Of a stretch of DNA of 64,000 nt, positions 40,067-48,263 are shown one piece after another. Numbering within the stretch: position 1 is the stretch's first letter; each line of letters begins with the position of its first letter. A model generated the notes under the pieces. The model was not told the origin of the DNA. It did no database searches and was given only the letters and a program-made list of their open reading frames with translations. A program made the translations under genes and the position numbers. The DNA is from Planctomycetota bacterium. Lineage in GTDB: Bacteria > Planctomycetota > UBA1135 > UBA2386. The stretch spans positions 4,608,001-4,672,000 of the forward strand of contig OZ245838.1 in assembly GCA_965228735.1 (NCBI GenBank). The letters run 5' to 3'.

Positions 40067-40237
40067 TTAGCTCGAGCCCGGGTTCGCCCACGGGTTCCAA
40101 CCCGATCCCTGGCCGTTGAAGAATTCGCCCCAGCGGCCGCCAATCCATTGCGTGAGTTCTTCGACTCGGCCTTGGACTTCGATGGATGGCGTTTCGTAGG
40201 TGCGGTCGGTGTCGTTGGAGTGAGTCTGATCGTTCAT
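40067..40237 (-). CDS. Lasso peptide precursor (56 aa): MNDQTHSNDTDRTYETPSIEVQGRVEELTQ | WIGGRWGEFFNGQGSGWNPWANPGSS
   Basis: Leader YETPSI (YxxPxL-type), G, Thr at -2; acceptor Glu at core position 8; lies between cyclase and kinase. Confidence 0.88.
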   Translation of the reverse strand: MNDQTHSNDTDRTYETPSIEVQGRVEELTQWIGGRWGEFFNGQGSGWNPWANPGSS

Positions 40238-40343
40238 CAGAGAGCTAACCAGGGTAGAAGGGTCTGGCGCAGGGGCCATCAGAAGATACCCCAGCAACGG
40301 GGTGTGGGAAGGGGGGTTGCGCCTTTTCTTCGAGCGCCTCGGC

Positions 40344-42209
40344 TCAGCGCGAGCGGACCCAGAATCCGAGCAAGACGCCGAGCCAGAGCGCCATTCCGTC
40401 GGACTCCGCGATGCCACCGGGGGGTAGCGCCAGGATTCGGCGGAGTGCCCCGAGGTCCACGAACTCATCGAGGCCCGGAGAGTTGCGGAGTAGCGAATCG
40501 ATACGATCTCGGTCTGCGACCAGGAATCCCTGCTCGAACTGGTCACCCCAATGTGACTTGTGAACGCGAGTCCGGATTGCCTCGGGAACGATCCCGCGCA
40601 AGGCCCGGCGCTGGATGGCTCGATCGTAGCCGCCATGGAGTCGTTGCTCGGGTGGCAGCCCGTAGCAGAATTCGATCAGCCGGTGGTCGAAGTAGGGGTG
40701 CCGGTGATCGAGCCCGAACGCCGCGCTCGCCTTGTCGTGGACCTCGAGCGAGTGCGCGATCAGCGGGGTCGTCAGGGCGCGGTGGTGGGCCTCGCGCAAG
40801 CTTCGGGGCGGGCGGTTCGCCTCGACGACCGCCTGGCGATCTCGCATTCGGGCGGTCCAGTCGACTTCACGCGCAAAGCCGGGCGCGATGCTCGATGGCA
40901 CGGCCCCGAGTTCTCGTCGCCAGGAGCGGGTCACGGAACGGACCACCGGCGCGAGTCCGAAGTGCCAGAAGAACCGCTTCGTCGACTGCCGAAACACGCC
41001 GGCGAGTTGCCGGCACTCGCGCACGGCGCGAACGATGCGGCCGCGGCGCACGAGTTCGGCGAGCCAATCCGTGCCGTGACTGACGGTCGTGTCGCCATCG
41101 ACGCCGTCGATGACGGCTCGGATCCCGAGTTCGCGGGCGCGCCGGGCGAGTGACCAATAGACGTAGAGGTTGGGCGCGCAGAACGGTTCTTCGACCCGTT
41201 CGAGCATGGCGTCCACCTCGCGCAAGGGGCTCGTGCTGCTCGCCGAGACGAACTCTGCCGGCCACGGCTCGTTCGGTTCGTCGTCGCCGTTCGCCGCGAG
41301 GACCAGGTCGATGTACTGCCGCTCGTCGATCCGCGGGAAGTCGGGGAACAGCGCCGACAGCGTCGTGATCGGATGCGCTCCCCAGGCTTTCCGATTCGCG
41401 TGCGCGAGCCGGACCAGGCCTGACGAATCCAGGCCGCCGCTCAGCAGGATCGCCGTCGGCTCGTCGCGGTGCAGGCGGCAGCGGAGCGCTTCCGTGAGCG
41501 TGTCGCGGAAGCGCTCGGCATAGCTCTGGTCATTGGCCAGCTCGACGCGGTGATCCGGGTCGAGCGCCCAGTAGCGGCGCAGGGACTCCCCGCTCTCGCG
41601 GACGGTCAGGGAATGGCCGGGTGGCAGCCGTCGAACGTGCTCGTAGAACGTGCGGTCGTGGTCGGCGAATACCTGGCCGAGGTAGTCCGCGATCTTGCCG
41701 TTGTCGAGATCACGCGGCACGTCGGCGGCGTCGAGCAGCGGGCCGATCTCCGATGCGAAGACGAAACGCTCGGGCGCGAGGTGGTAGTAGAACGGGCGCG
41801 TTCCGAGGCGGTCTCGCGCGCAGAACAGCTGACGCTCGAGGGATGACCAGATGGCAACCACGAAGTCACCGAACAGGTGCTCGGGGCAGCTCTCACCCCA
41901 GCGTTCATAGGCCCGCAAGACGATGTCGGCGGGGGTCGCATCGGCCGGGGCGTCGAGTTCGGCTGCGAGGTCCGAGAGGTTGTCGATGCGGGCCGCGATC
42001 GCGGCGATTCGACCGTTGCGCTGCGCGATCGCGGCCTCGGACCCGGTCGGGGCGAGCACGCCGAACGCCGCGCCGGCCGTGTTCGTCGCGAGGCGAGCTG
42101 CGCCGCGATGCGCCATCCGACCGGCCATTGCGGCAATTCGGTCCCGGTCGAGGGGGCGTTCGTCCCGTTGCCAGGCTCCAACGAGCCCGCTGCTGATGAT
42201 CCCGATCAT
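40344..42209 (-). CDS. Lasso peptide cyclase (asparagine synthetase-like, C protein)
   Basis: RIDN..DL, GDF..AIW, RDRLGTRP, LSGGLDSS, G.DGD, HPYFD.RL.EF; no N-terminal catalytic Cys; start ATG 42209 inferred. Confidence 0.88.
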   Translation of the reverse strand: MIGIISSGLVGAWQRDERPLDRDRIAAMAGRMAHRGAARLATNTAGAAFGVLAPTGSEAAIAQRNGRIAAIAARIDNLSDLAAELDAPADATPADIVLRAYERWGESCPEHLFGDFVVAIWSSLERQLFCARDRLGTRPFYYHLAPERFVFASEIGPLLDAADVPRDLDNGKIADYLGQVFADHDRTFYEHVRRLPPGHSLTVRESGESLRRYWALDPDHRVELANDQSYAERFRDTLTEALRCRLHRDEPTAILLSGGLDSSGLVRLAHANRKAWGAHPITTLSALFPDFPRIDERQYIDLVLAANGDDEPNEPWPAEFVSASSTSPLREVDAMLERVEEPFCAPNLYVYWSLARRARELGIRAVIDGVDGDTTVSHGTDWLAELVRRGRIVRAVRECRQLAGVFRQSTKRFFWHFGLAPVVRSVTRSWRRELGAVPSSIAPGFAREVDWTARMRDRQAVVEANRPPRSLREAHHRALTTPLIAHSLEVHDKASAAFGLDHRHPYFDHRLIEFCYGLPPEQRLHGGYDRAIQRRALRGIVPEAIRTRVHKSHWGDQFEQGFLVADRDRIDSLLRNSPGLDEFVDLGALRRILALPPGGIAESDGMALWLGVLLGFWVRSR

Positions 42210-42323
42210 GGAAACGTCGCGCCCCGGAGGACAGCGGCCGGAGCATACTGGCCGATGTTGCGTTACGCTTCCCGGGCCTTGCCGAGGGAAGTTCGGCACA
42301 TGTGGGTCGACCCGACGCAGCGC

Positions 42324-42623
42324 ATGACAGGAGACATCGGACTCAACTCGGTCGTTCGAGCAAACATTCGTCAGCTTTCGGTCGAGATCGACGGCGAGAC
42401 CGTCCTGCTCAACTTCGACGACGGATTCTACTACTCGATCAACTCGGTCGGAGCGCGGATCTGGACGCTGGTCCAGGACGCGACCCGAGTGTGCGACGTG
42501 AAGGCGGCGTTGCTTTCGGAGTTCGACGTCGACTCGGCCAGATGCGAGGCCGACCTGCTGGCGCTGCTCGCCGACCTCGAGGCGAAGAACCTCATCGAGG
42601 TACTCGATGCGGATCCTGCGTAG
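42324..42623 (+). CDS. PqqD-family RiPP recognition element (lasso B1)
   Basis: 99 aa; EIDGETVLL...G.YY.IN.VGARIW..., EFDV....CE.DL..LL..L....LI. Confidence 0.9.
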   Translation: MTGDIGLNSVVRANIRQLSVEIDGETVLLNFDDGFYYSINSVGARIWTLVQDATRVCDVKAALLSEFDVDSARCEADLLALLADLEAKNLIEVLDADPA

Positions 42624-43053
42624 GTTCTGGCGGCTGTCGTTCTCCGAGAAGCTGATGCTCGGCAAGGCGTGGGGGTTGCTCGCCGTCGTGCGAAGCAGCA
42701 TGTGGATCGCGGGGTTCGCGCGGACCAAGCGCTGGGTCGATCGTCGACACGCGCGCGTGGAACGACTCGTGCGGTCGCGCCAGGAGCCGCATCGGATCGC
42801 CCGAATGGTCGAGATCGCGAGTCACTTCTTCCCTGGCGGTCGGCATTGCCTGAGTCGGGCGATGGTGCTCGAGGTGCTGCTGCGCCGCCGCGGCTACGAC
42901 GCCAAACTGGAGATCGGTGTCGCGTTGGCGGATGCACCCGTCCAGAGCGGGTCACGGCTCTCGGCGCACGCCTGGGTCACGCACGGTGACCGGATCCTTC
43001 TCGGTGGAGCCGAGGCTCCCGACTTCAAGCGGTTGACGCGGTCGGGTCGGTGA
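42607..43053 (+). CDS. Lasso peptide leader peptidase (B2, transglutaminase-like)
   Basis: HCLSRA (Cys), L.IGV, AHAWV (His); overlaps the RRE gene. Confidence 0.9.
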   Translation: MRILRRFWRLSFSEKLMLGKAWGLLAVVRSSMWIAGFARTKRWVDRRHARVERLVRSRQEPHRIARMVEIASHFFPGGRHCLSRAMVLEVLLRRRGYDAKLEIGVALADAPVQSGSRLSAHAWVTHGDRILLGGAEAPDFKRLTRSGR

Positions 43054-44051
43054 CTCGTTCGACGGACAGCTTCTCCGCGGCGGACGCGCCGCCTCGCATC
43101 CGCGTCACCGCGCTGCAGAAGCGCTACCCGCGGAACCGCAATCTGCTGCGGTTCCTGCGCGCGCCGCATCGCCGCGACTACACGATGGCGCTCCGTGGGG
43201 TCGATCTCGTGATCCCGCAGGGCGGCATCTACGCGCTCCTCGGCCCCAACGGCGCTGGCAAGACGACGCTACTGAAAGCGCTCTCGGGTCTGCTCCTGGC
43301 CAACTCTGGCACGATCGAGATCGATGGCATCGACCTGACGAACGAGCCGCGGAAGTTGCGCAATCGCGTCGCGCTGGCCGTGTGCGACGAACGTTCGTTC
43401 TACTGGCGCATCAGCGGCCGCGAGAACCTGCGGTTCTACGCGACGCTCAACGGGCTCGAGGGCGCGGCGCGCGATCGCCGGATCGATGAATGCCTCGCGA
43501 TGGTGCGGTTGGGGTCGGCTGGCGATCGGCGCTACATGGAGTACTCGGCGGGCATGCGGCAGAGCCTCGCGCTGGCGCGCGGGCTGTTGCTCGATCCGCC
43601 GATCCTCCTCATGGACGAGCCAACGCGGTCGCTCGACCCCGAGGCCACGGCGGCGGTCCACGATGTGATCACCGGGTTGCAGGCTGCCGATCCGAGCCGC
43701 GTGTTCTTCTACTCGACCCATGACCTGGCCGAGGCGGAATCGATCTCGAGTGATGTCATCGTGCTGCGGGGCGGGCGCATCGTGATGCAGCGGAGCCTCG
43801 CTCGCGAGGCCGGCTACGTCTACCGCGTGCGCACCCATCCCGAGCTGCCCGAGAGATTGCTCGACGACATCGACGGGCTGCAGGTGCTGGGCAGCTCGGA
43901 AGCCGGCACGGTCGTCGAGTTCGCCGAGTTCCGGACGCTCGATGCGGTGCTCGCGCGGCTCGCCGAGCGTCGTTTGCAGGTGCGCGAGGTCGCAGAGCAG
44001 CGGTCGCGGCTCGGCGAACTGTATCGCTCGAGCGCGGAGGCGCAGCGATGA
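43050..44051 (+). CDS. ABC exporter ATP-binding protein
   Basis: GPNGAGKT, YSAGMRQ signature, LLMDEP, STH. Confidence 0.92.
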   Translation: MTRSTDSFSAADAPPRIRVTALQKRYPRNRNLLRFLRAPHRRDYTMALRGVDLVIPQGGIYALLGPNGAGKTTLLKALSGLLLANSGTIEIDGIDLTNEPRKLRNRVALAVCDERSFYWRISGRENLRFYATLNGLEGAARDRRIDECLAMVRLGSAGDRRYMEYSAGMRQSLALARGLLLDPPILLMDEPTRSLDPEATAAVHDVITGLQAADPSRVFFYSTHDLAEAESISSDVIVLRGGRIVMQRSLAREAGYVYRVRTHPELPERLLDDIDGLQVLGSSEAGTVVEFAEFRTLDAVLARLAERRLQVREVAEQRSRLGELYRSSAEAQR

Positions 44052-44863
44052 GTCTGCCACGCACGGCTGTCGCGTTCCTGCGGCGCGAGTTCCTCGAAGA
44101 GGCGTCCTACCCGCTCAAGGTCGTGTTCGGGTTCGGCGCGGCGATCGTGAGTATCGGGTTCCTCGTAATCTTCGCCGACTTCGTCGGCGCCACGATGGCC
44201 GGCAGCGGTGAAGGGCGAATGGCACACGGCTACCTGCCGTTCGCGCTCGTCGGACTGAGCTTCCACACGCTGCTCGATACCGCTTTGCGCGAACTGAGCT
44301 CGCGGATTCGCCGGGCGCAGATGCAGGGCACGTTCGAGGCGCTGCTCGCGACGAGCACGCCGCTGCCCGTGCTCATGCTCGCGCTGCCGCTCTACCCGTT
44401 GCTGCGGACGTGCTCGCGATTCGTGTTGCTGCTCTTGTTCGGGTGGCTCGTCCTGGATGTGCCGCTCAGCTTCGGCAACTGGCCCGTCGTGCTCGTGGCG
44501 TTCGGGCTTGCCGTGACCGTCTTCACGGCGATCGGTCTCGTGTTCGCCGGCCTCACGGTCGTGTTCAAGCAGACCGAGCCGCTGATCGCCGTCTTCAACG
44601 CGTCGTGTTTCTTCCTCGGTGGCGTGATCGTGCCGTCGGGTGAGTTGCCCGCGGTGCTGCAATGGGTCGGCGTGCTGTTGCCGATCACCCCGGCGCTCGA
44701 GGCGTTCCGGATCGCTGCGATCGATGGTGGCGACTTCGCGGCTGCAGGGCCGGTGCTCGGACAACTGGCCGTCTTCGCGGTCGTCCTCGTGCCGTTCAGC
44801 GTCGTCGTGTTCCGCTGGTCGATTCGGCAGGCGCTTCGCGACGGCAGCCTCGGGCACTACTGA
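44048..44863 (+). CDS. ABC-2 type exporter permease
   Basis: About 6 TM segments, GTFE.LL..S.P, GG...P...LP..L; translationally coupled to the ATPase. Confidence 0.88.
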   Translation: MSLPRTAVAFLRREFLEEASYPLKVVFGFGAAIVSIGFLVIFADFVGATMAGSGEGRMAHGYLPFALVGLSFHTLLDTALRELSSRIRRAQMQGTFEALLATSTPLPVLMLALPLYPLLRTCSRFVLLLLFGWLVLDVPLSFGNWPVVLVAFGLAVTVFTAIGLVFAGLTVVFKQTEPLIAVFNASCFFLGGVIVPSGELPAVLQWVGVLLPITPALEAFRIAAIDGGDFAAAGPVLGQLAVFAVVLVPFSVVVFRWSIRQALRDGSLGHY

Positions 44864-44874
44864 CCGGTCGCGCC

Positions 44875-45537
44875 CTACAACGGCGGCCAGGCCTTGACCG
44901 CCATGAGACACCCATCGCCCACCGGCACGATGATCGAGTTGAGGCGCGGCTCGTCCTGGACCAGCTTCAAGAACGCCCGCAGGCCCTGCGCGCGCGGCGT
45001 GTCGTTCTTCGGATCGTCGATCTCGCCGCCGTCGAGCACGTTGTCGGCGAACAGCGTGCCGCCGGGTCGCAGGATCCGCATCGCGTGCGCGAAGTAGTCG
45101 GGGTAGCCCTCCTTCTCCGCGTCGATGAACACGGCGTCTGCCGTGCCGTCCGCGTGCTGGTTCAGGGTCTCGTGCGCGTCGCCGACGATGATCTGGATCT
45201 TGTCCTTCTGCTGGGATTTCAGGATCCAGTCCTGGGCGAAGGCTGCGTGGATCGGCTCGAGCTCGTGGGTGACGACGGTGCCGTCCGCGGCGAGCCCGCG
45301 CGCCATCGCGATCGCCGAGTAGCCGCCGAGGGTGCCGACCTCCACGACCCGAACGGCCTTGGTCGCCGCGAGCGCGATCTGCAGGAAGGCGGCCTGCTCG
45401 GGCGCGATCTGGATCTCCGGCAGGCCGGCTTCGACCGCGGCGGTGCGCAGATCGCGCAGCAGCTCGTCCTCGGGAATGGTCTGGCCGCGGATGAAGTCGA
45501 AGAGCGGGGCGTCGACCGGCGTGCTCAGCTTGGACAT
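44875..45537 (-). CDS. SAM-dependent O-methyltransferase (COMT/CCoAOMT family)
   Basis: EVGTLGGYS, FIDAEK..Y, LRPGG..ADN, PVGDG. Confidence 0.92.
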   Translation of the reverse strand: MSKLSTPVDAPLFDFIRGQTIPEDELLRDLRTAAVEAGLPEIQIAPEQAAFLQIALAATKAVRVVEVGTLGGYSAIAMARGLAADGTVVTHELEPIHAAFAQDWILKSQQKDKIQIIVGDAHETLNQHADGTADAVFIDAEKEGYPDYFAHAMRILRPGGTLFADNVLDGGEIDDPKNDTPRAQGLRAFLKLVQDEPRLNSIIVPVGDGCLMAVKAWPPL

Positions 45538-45566
45538 GCGCGCAAGGTAGCGCTATCCATGCCGCA

Positions 45567-46133
45567 GTGAACCCTGGTTTCGAACCCGCGGCGGCCAAGA
45601 GCCGGCTGCTCGAGCTCGTTCGCGAGCGCGCCTACAAGGACGGCCTCGATATCGTGCTCGCGTCCGGCAAGCGCTCCGACTTCTACATCAACGGCAAGAA
45701 GGTCTCGCTGCACCCCGAAGGCCTCTGGCTGATCGCGCGGCTCCTGCTGCACAAGCTCGAGGCCTATCCCGACATCACCGCGGTCGGCGGGCTGACGCTC
45801 GGCGCGGATCCGTTGGCCAGCGCGGTCGCGGCGCTGTCGTTCGAGACCGGCCAGAACCTCAAGGCGTTCCTCGTTCGCAAGGAGGCGAAGGGGCACGGCA
45901 CCGGCTCGCGCATCGAGGGTGATCTCGAGAAGGGCGAGAAGGTCTGCGTTCTCGAGGACACGGTCACGACCGGCGGCAGCGCGAAGAAGGCGATCGACGC
46001 GGTGCTCGAGGTCGGTGCGGAACCCGTCGTCGTGATGACGATCGCCGATCGCGAGGACCCGGACGCCGAGCCGTTCCGCCAGGAGTGGAAGGTCGAGTCG
46101 CTCGTGACGCTGAGCGAGATCCGCAACGGCTGA
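45567..46133 (+). CDS. pyrE: Orotate phosphoribosyltransferase
   Basis: LASGKRSDFY, GGLTLGADP, VRKEAKGHG, LEDTVTTGGS. Confidence 0.95.
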   Translation: MNPGFEPAAAKSRLLELVRERAYKDGLDIVLASGKRSDFYINGKKVSLHPEGLWLIARLLLHKLEAYPDITAVGGLTLGADPLASAVAALSFETGQNLKAFLVRKEAKGHGTGSRIEGDLEKGEKVCVLEDTVTTGGSAKKAIDAVLEVGAEPVVVMTIADREDPDAEPFRQEWKVESLVTLSEIRNG

Positions 46134-46148
46134 TGCAGAGGCCCCGGC

Positions 46149-47540
46149 ATGCGTGACGTCGTCGCGATCGTGCCGGCGGCCGGGCTCGGCGAACGGATGG
46201 GCGCCGACAAGGCGTTGCTCGCGCTCGGCGAACGCACCGTCGTCGAGCGGGTCGTGGCCACGCTGCGCGCGGCTGGAGTGAGCGACGTGCTCGTCGTGCG
46301 GCGACGCGGCGCGGAACCCCTGCCCGATGGGCTCGCGGCGACCGTGGTCGAAGTCGAACCCGGCGGTGAAATGGCAGACAGCTTGCGCGCGGCCCACGCG
46401 CGGTTGCCTTCGGGCGCTGGGCGAATCCTCGTGCTGCCGGTCGATCATGCGCTCGTCGAGGCCGACACCGTGCGGGCCGTCGTCGCCGTGCTCGACGATG
46501 CCGCCGACGCGCATGTCGCGTTGCCGACGTACCGCGATCGCCCGGGCCATCCGGTGGCGTTCGAGCGCGCGGTGTTCGACGAGATCACGGCCGATGGCGC
46601 CGTTCTGCGCGACCTGGTTCGGCGCGACCCCGACCGGGTGCGGACCATACCGACGGCGAATCCCTGGGTGCGCGCGGACCTCGATCATCCGGAGGACCTG
46701 CGCGCCGCGCGCGCGGCGCTCACGCAGGTGTCCCCCCTGTCGACCGTCGAACTGATGGCGCGACATCGCAGCCGGCGTTCGTTCCGCGACGCGCCGGTCC
46801 CGCGCGCGCAGATCGAACGACTCGTCGATGCCGCGCGCCACGCGTCGACGTCGAGCTACATCCAGACCACTACCGTGATCGCGGTGACCGATCCGCAGCA
46901 GAAAGGTGAGTGCGCGCGGCTCTGCGGGGGGCAGCAGCAGATCGTCGAGGCGCCCGTGTTCTTCGCGCTGTGCGCCGATCTGCAGCGGCTGGCGCGCGCG
47001 TGCGAGCGGCACGGGGCGACGTTGCAGAGTCAGAGCCTCGAGCTGTTCTTGCAGGCCACCGTCGACGCGGCGCTCGTCGGCCAGAACCTGCTGCTCGCGG
47101 CGGAGTCCGAAGGGCTCGGTGGTTGCATGATCGGCGGCGCGCGCAACCACCCGATCGAGCTCGCGCAGCTGCTCGGGTTGCCGGCCCATGCGTACGTCGT
47201 GTTCGGCATGACGGTCGGTGAGCCGATCGACGATCCGGCCGCGCGTGGTCGCATGCCGCTGACCGGCGTGCTGCACTTCGAGGGCTACGACCACGACGGC
47301 GTCGATGCGGCGCTCGCCGGCGCCGACGAGGTGATGAACGACTGGGCCCGCCGCGCGAACGCGCAGAGCGCCGGGTATGGCGGTCGACCCGTCGACGAGA
47401 CCAAGGGGTGGGCCGCACGCATGGCGCGCATGTGGGGCGAGGACGGTCGCTACGCCATCGCGCGTCGGACGCTCATGGCCGAGCTGCGGCGGCTGGGCTT
47501 CGGCCTCGCCGACGAATCGGCGGAGACGGGCGATGACTGA
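46149..47540 (+). CDS. Fusion of a MocA/MobA-like NTP transferase and an NfsA-type nitroreductase
   Basis: N-half PAAG.G.RMG.DKALL, PVDH, GHPV, DLDHPEDL; C-half HRS.R.F, ASTSSY.Q, DAALVGQN...AAES.GLG.C.IGG.RN. Confidence 0.85.
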   Translation: MRDVVAIVPAAGLGERMGADKALLALGERTVVERVVATLRAAGVSDVLVVRRRGAEPLPDGLAATVVEVEPGGEMADSLRAAHARLPSGAGRILVLPVDHALVEADTVRAVVAVLDDAADAHVALPTYRDRPGHPVAFERAVFDEITADGAVLRDLVRRDPDRVRTIPTANPWVRADLDHPEDLRAARAALTQVSPLSTVELMARHRSRRSFRDAPVPRAQIERLVDAARHASTSSYIQTTTVIAVTDPQQKGECARLCGGQQQIVEAPVFFALCADLQRLARACERHGATLQSQSLELFLQATVDAALVGQNLLLAAESEGLGGCMIGGARNHPIELAQLLGLPAHAYVVFGMTVGEPIDDPAARGRMPLTGVLHFEGYDHDGVDAALAGADEVMNDWARRANAQSAGYGGRPVDETKGWAARMARMWGEDGRYAIARRTLMAELRRLGFGLADESAETGDD

Positions 47541-48171
47541 CATCGAAGTCCTGCACCTCGACGACTTCCTCGCGATCGTGAACAAGCCCGCGGGCGTGCT
47601 CGTCGTGAATGCCCCTGGCCGTCGCGGACCGACCCTCGTCGACAGGATGCGGCGGCAGCTCGGCGGCTACGTCGAGCCCGTGCACCGGCTCGACGAGGAC
47701 ACGACGGGGGCGATCGCGCTGGCGCGAAGTCCGGAGGGCCGTTCGGCGCTCGAGGGCGTGTTCCGGCGGCACGCTGCCGAGCGCGTCTATCTCGCGCTGA
47801 CGACGGCGGCGCCGTCACCGCCGGCAGGCCGGATCGAATCGCAGCTCAAAGCGGATGATGCGGGGGTGATGCGCGTGGTGCCGTCGGGCGGCGAACGCGC
47901 CGTGACGCACTACGAGACGGTCGAAAGGCGCGGCCGCTGCACGCTCGTGCGATGCGAGCTCGAGACCGGTCGCCGCAACCAGATCCGCGCCCACCTCGCG
48001 GCGCTCGGCTGCCCGGTGGCCGGGGATCGCAAGTACGGCTATCGGCGCCGGGCTGACGAGCGCTTCGGGCGTGTCATGCTGCATGCCTGGCGGCTCGCGC
48101 TTCGGCATCCGATTCTTGGCAACGAAGTGGACGTAACGGCGGTTGCCCCGGAACCCGACCTACGGCCTTGA
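47533..48171 (+). CDS. RluA-family RNA pseudouridine synthase
   Basis: VNKPAG, VHRLDEDTTG, ETGRRNQIR.H, GD.KYG, LHA; ATG 47533. Confidence 0.93.
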   Translation: MTDIEVLHLDDFLAIVNKPAGVLVVNAPGRRGPTLVDRMRRQLGGYVEPVHRLDEDTTGAIALARSPEGRSALEGVFRRHAAERVYLALTTAAPSPPAGRIESQLKADDAGVMRVVPSGGERAVTHYETVERRGRCTLVRCELETGRRNQIRAHLAALGCPVAGDRKYGYRRRADERFGRVMLHAWRLALRHPILGNEVDVTAVAPEPDLRP

Positions 48172-48263
48172 ACGTGCCGAGGCGGGTGTCTCACGATGGA
48201 AGCGGGTCGAGCCTCGACTAGCATGTCCGTGTCACTCTGCTGCCGGTCGGGACGGCTTCGGTA

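Noticed and set aside
42324..42623. PQQ biosynthesis (pqqD)
   Set aside because: No pqqA/B/C/E nearby; the context indicates a lasso RRE
40344..42728. Second asnB of 794 aa starting at 42728
   Set aside because: The N-terminal extension overlaps the plus-strand RRE/B2 genes; the protein lacks the N-terminal Cys and sits with RRE, B2 and precursor, so it is a lasso cyclase
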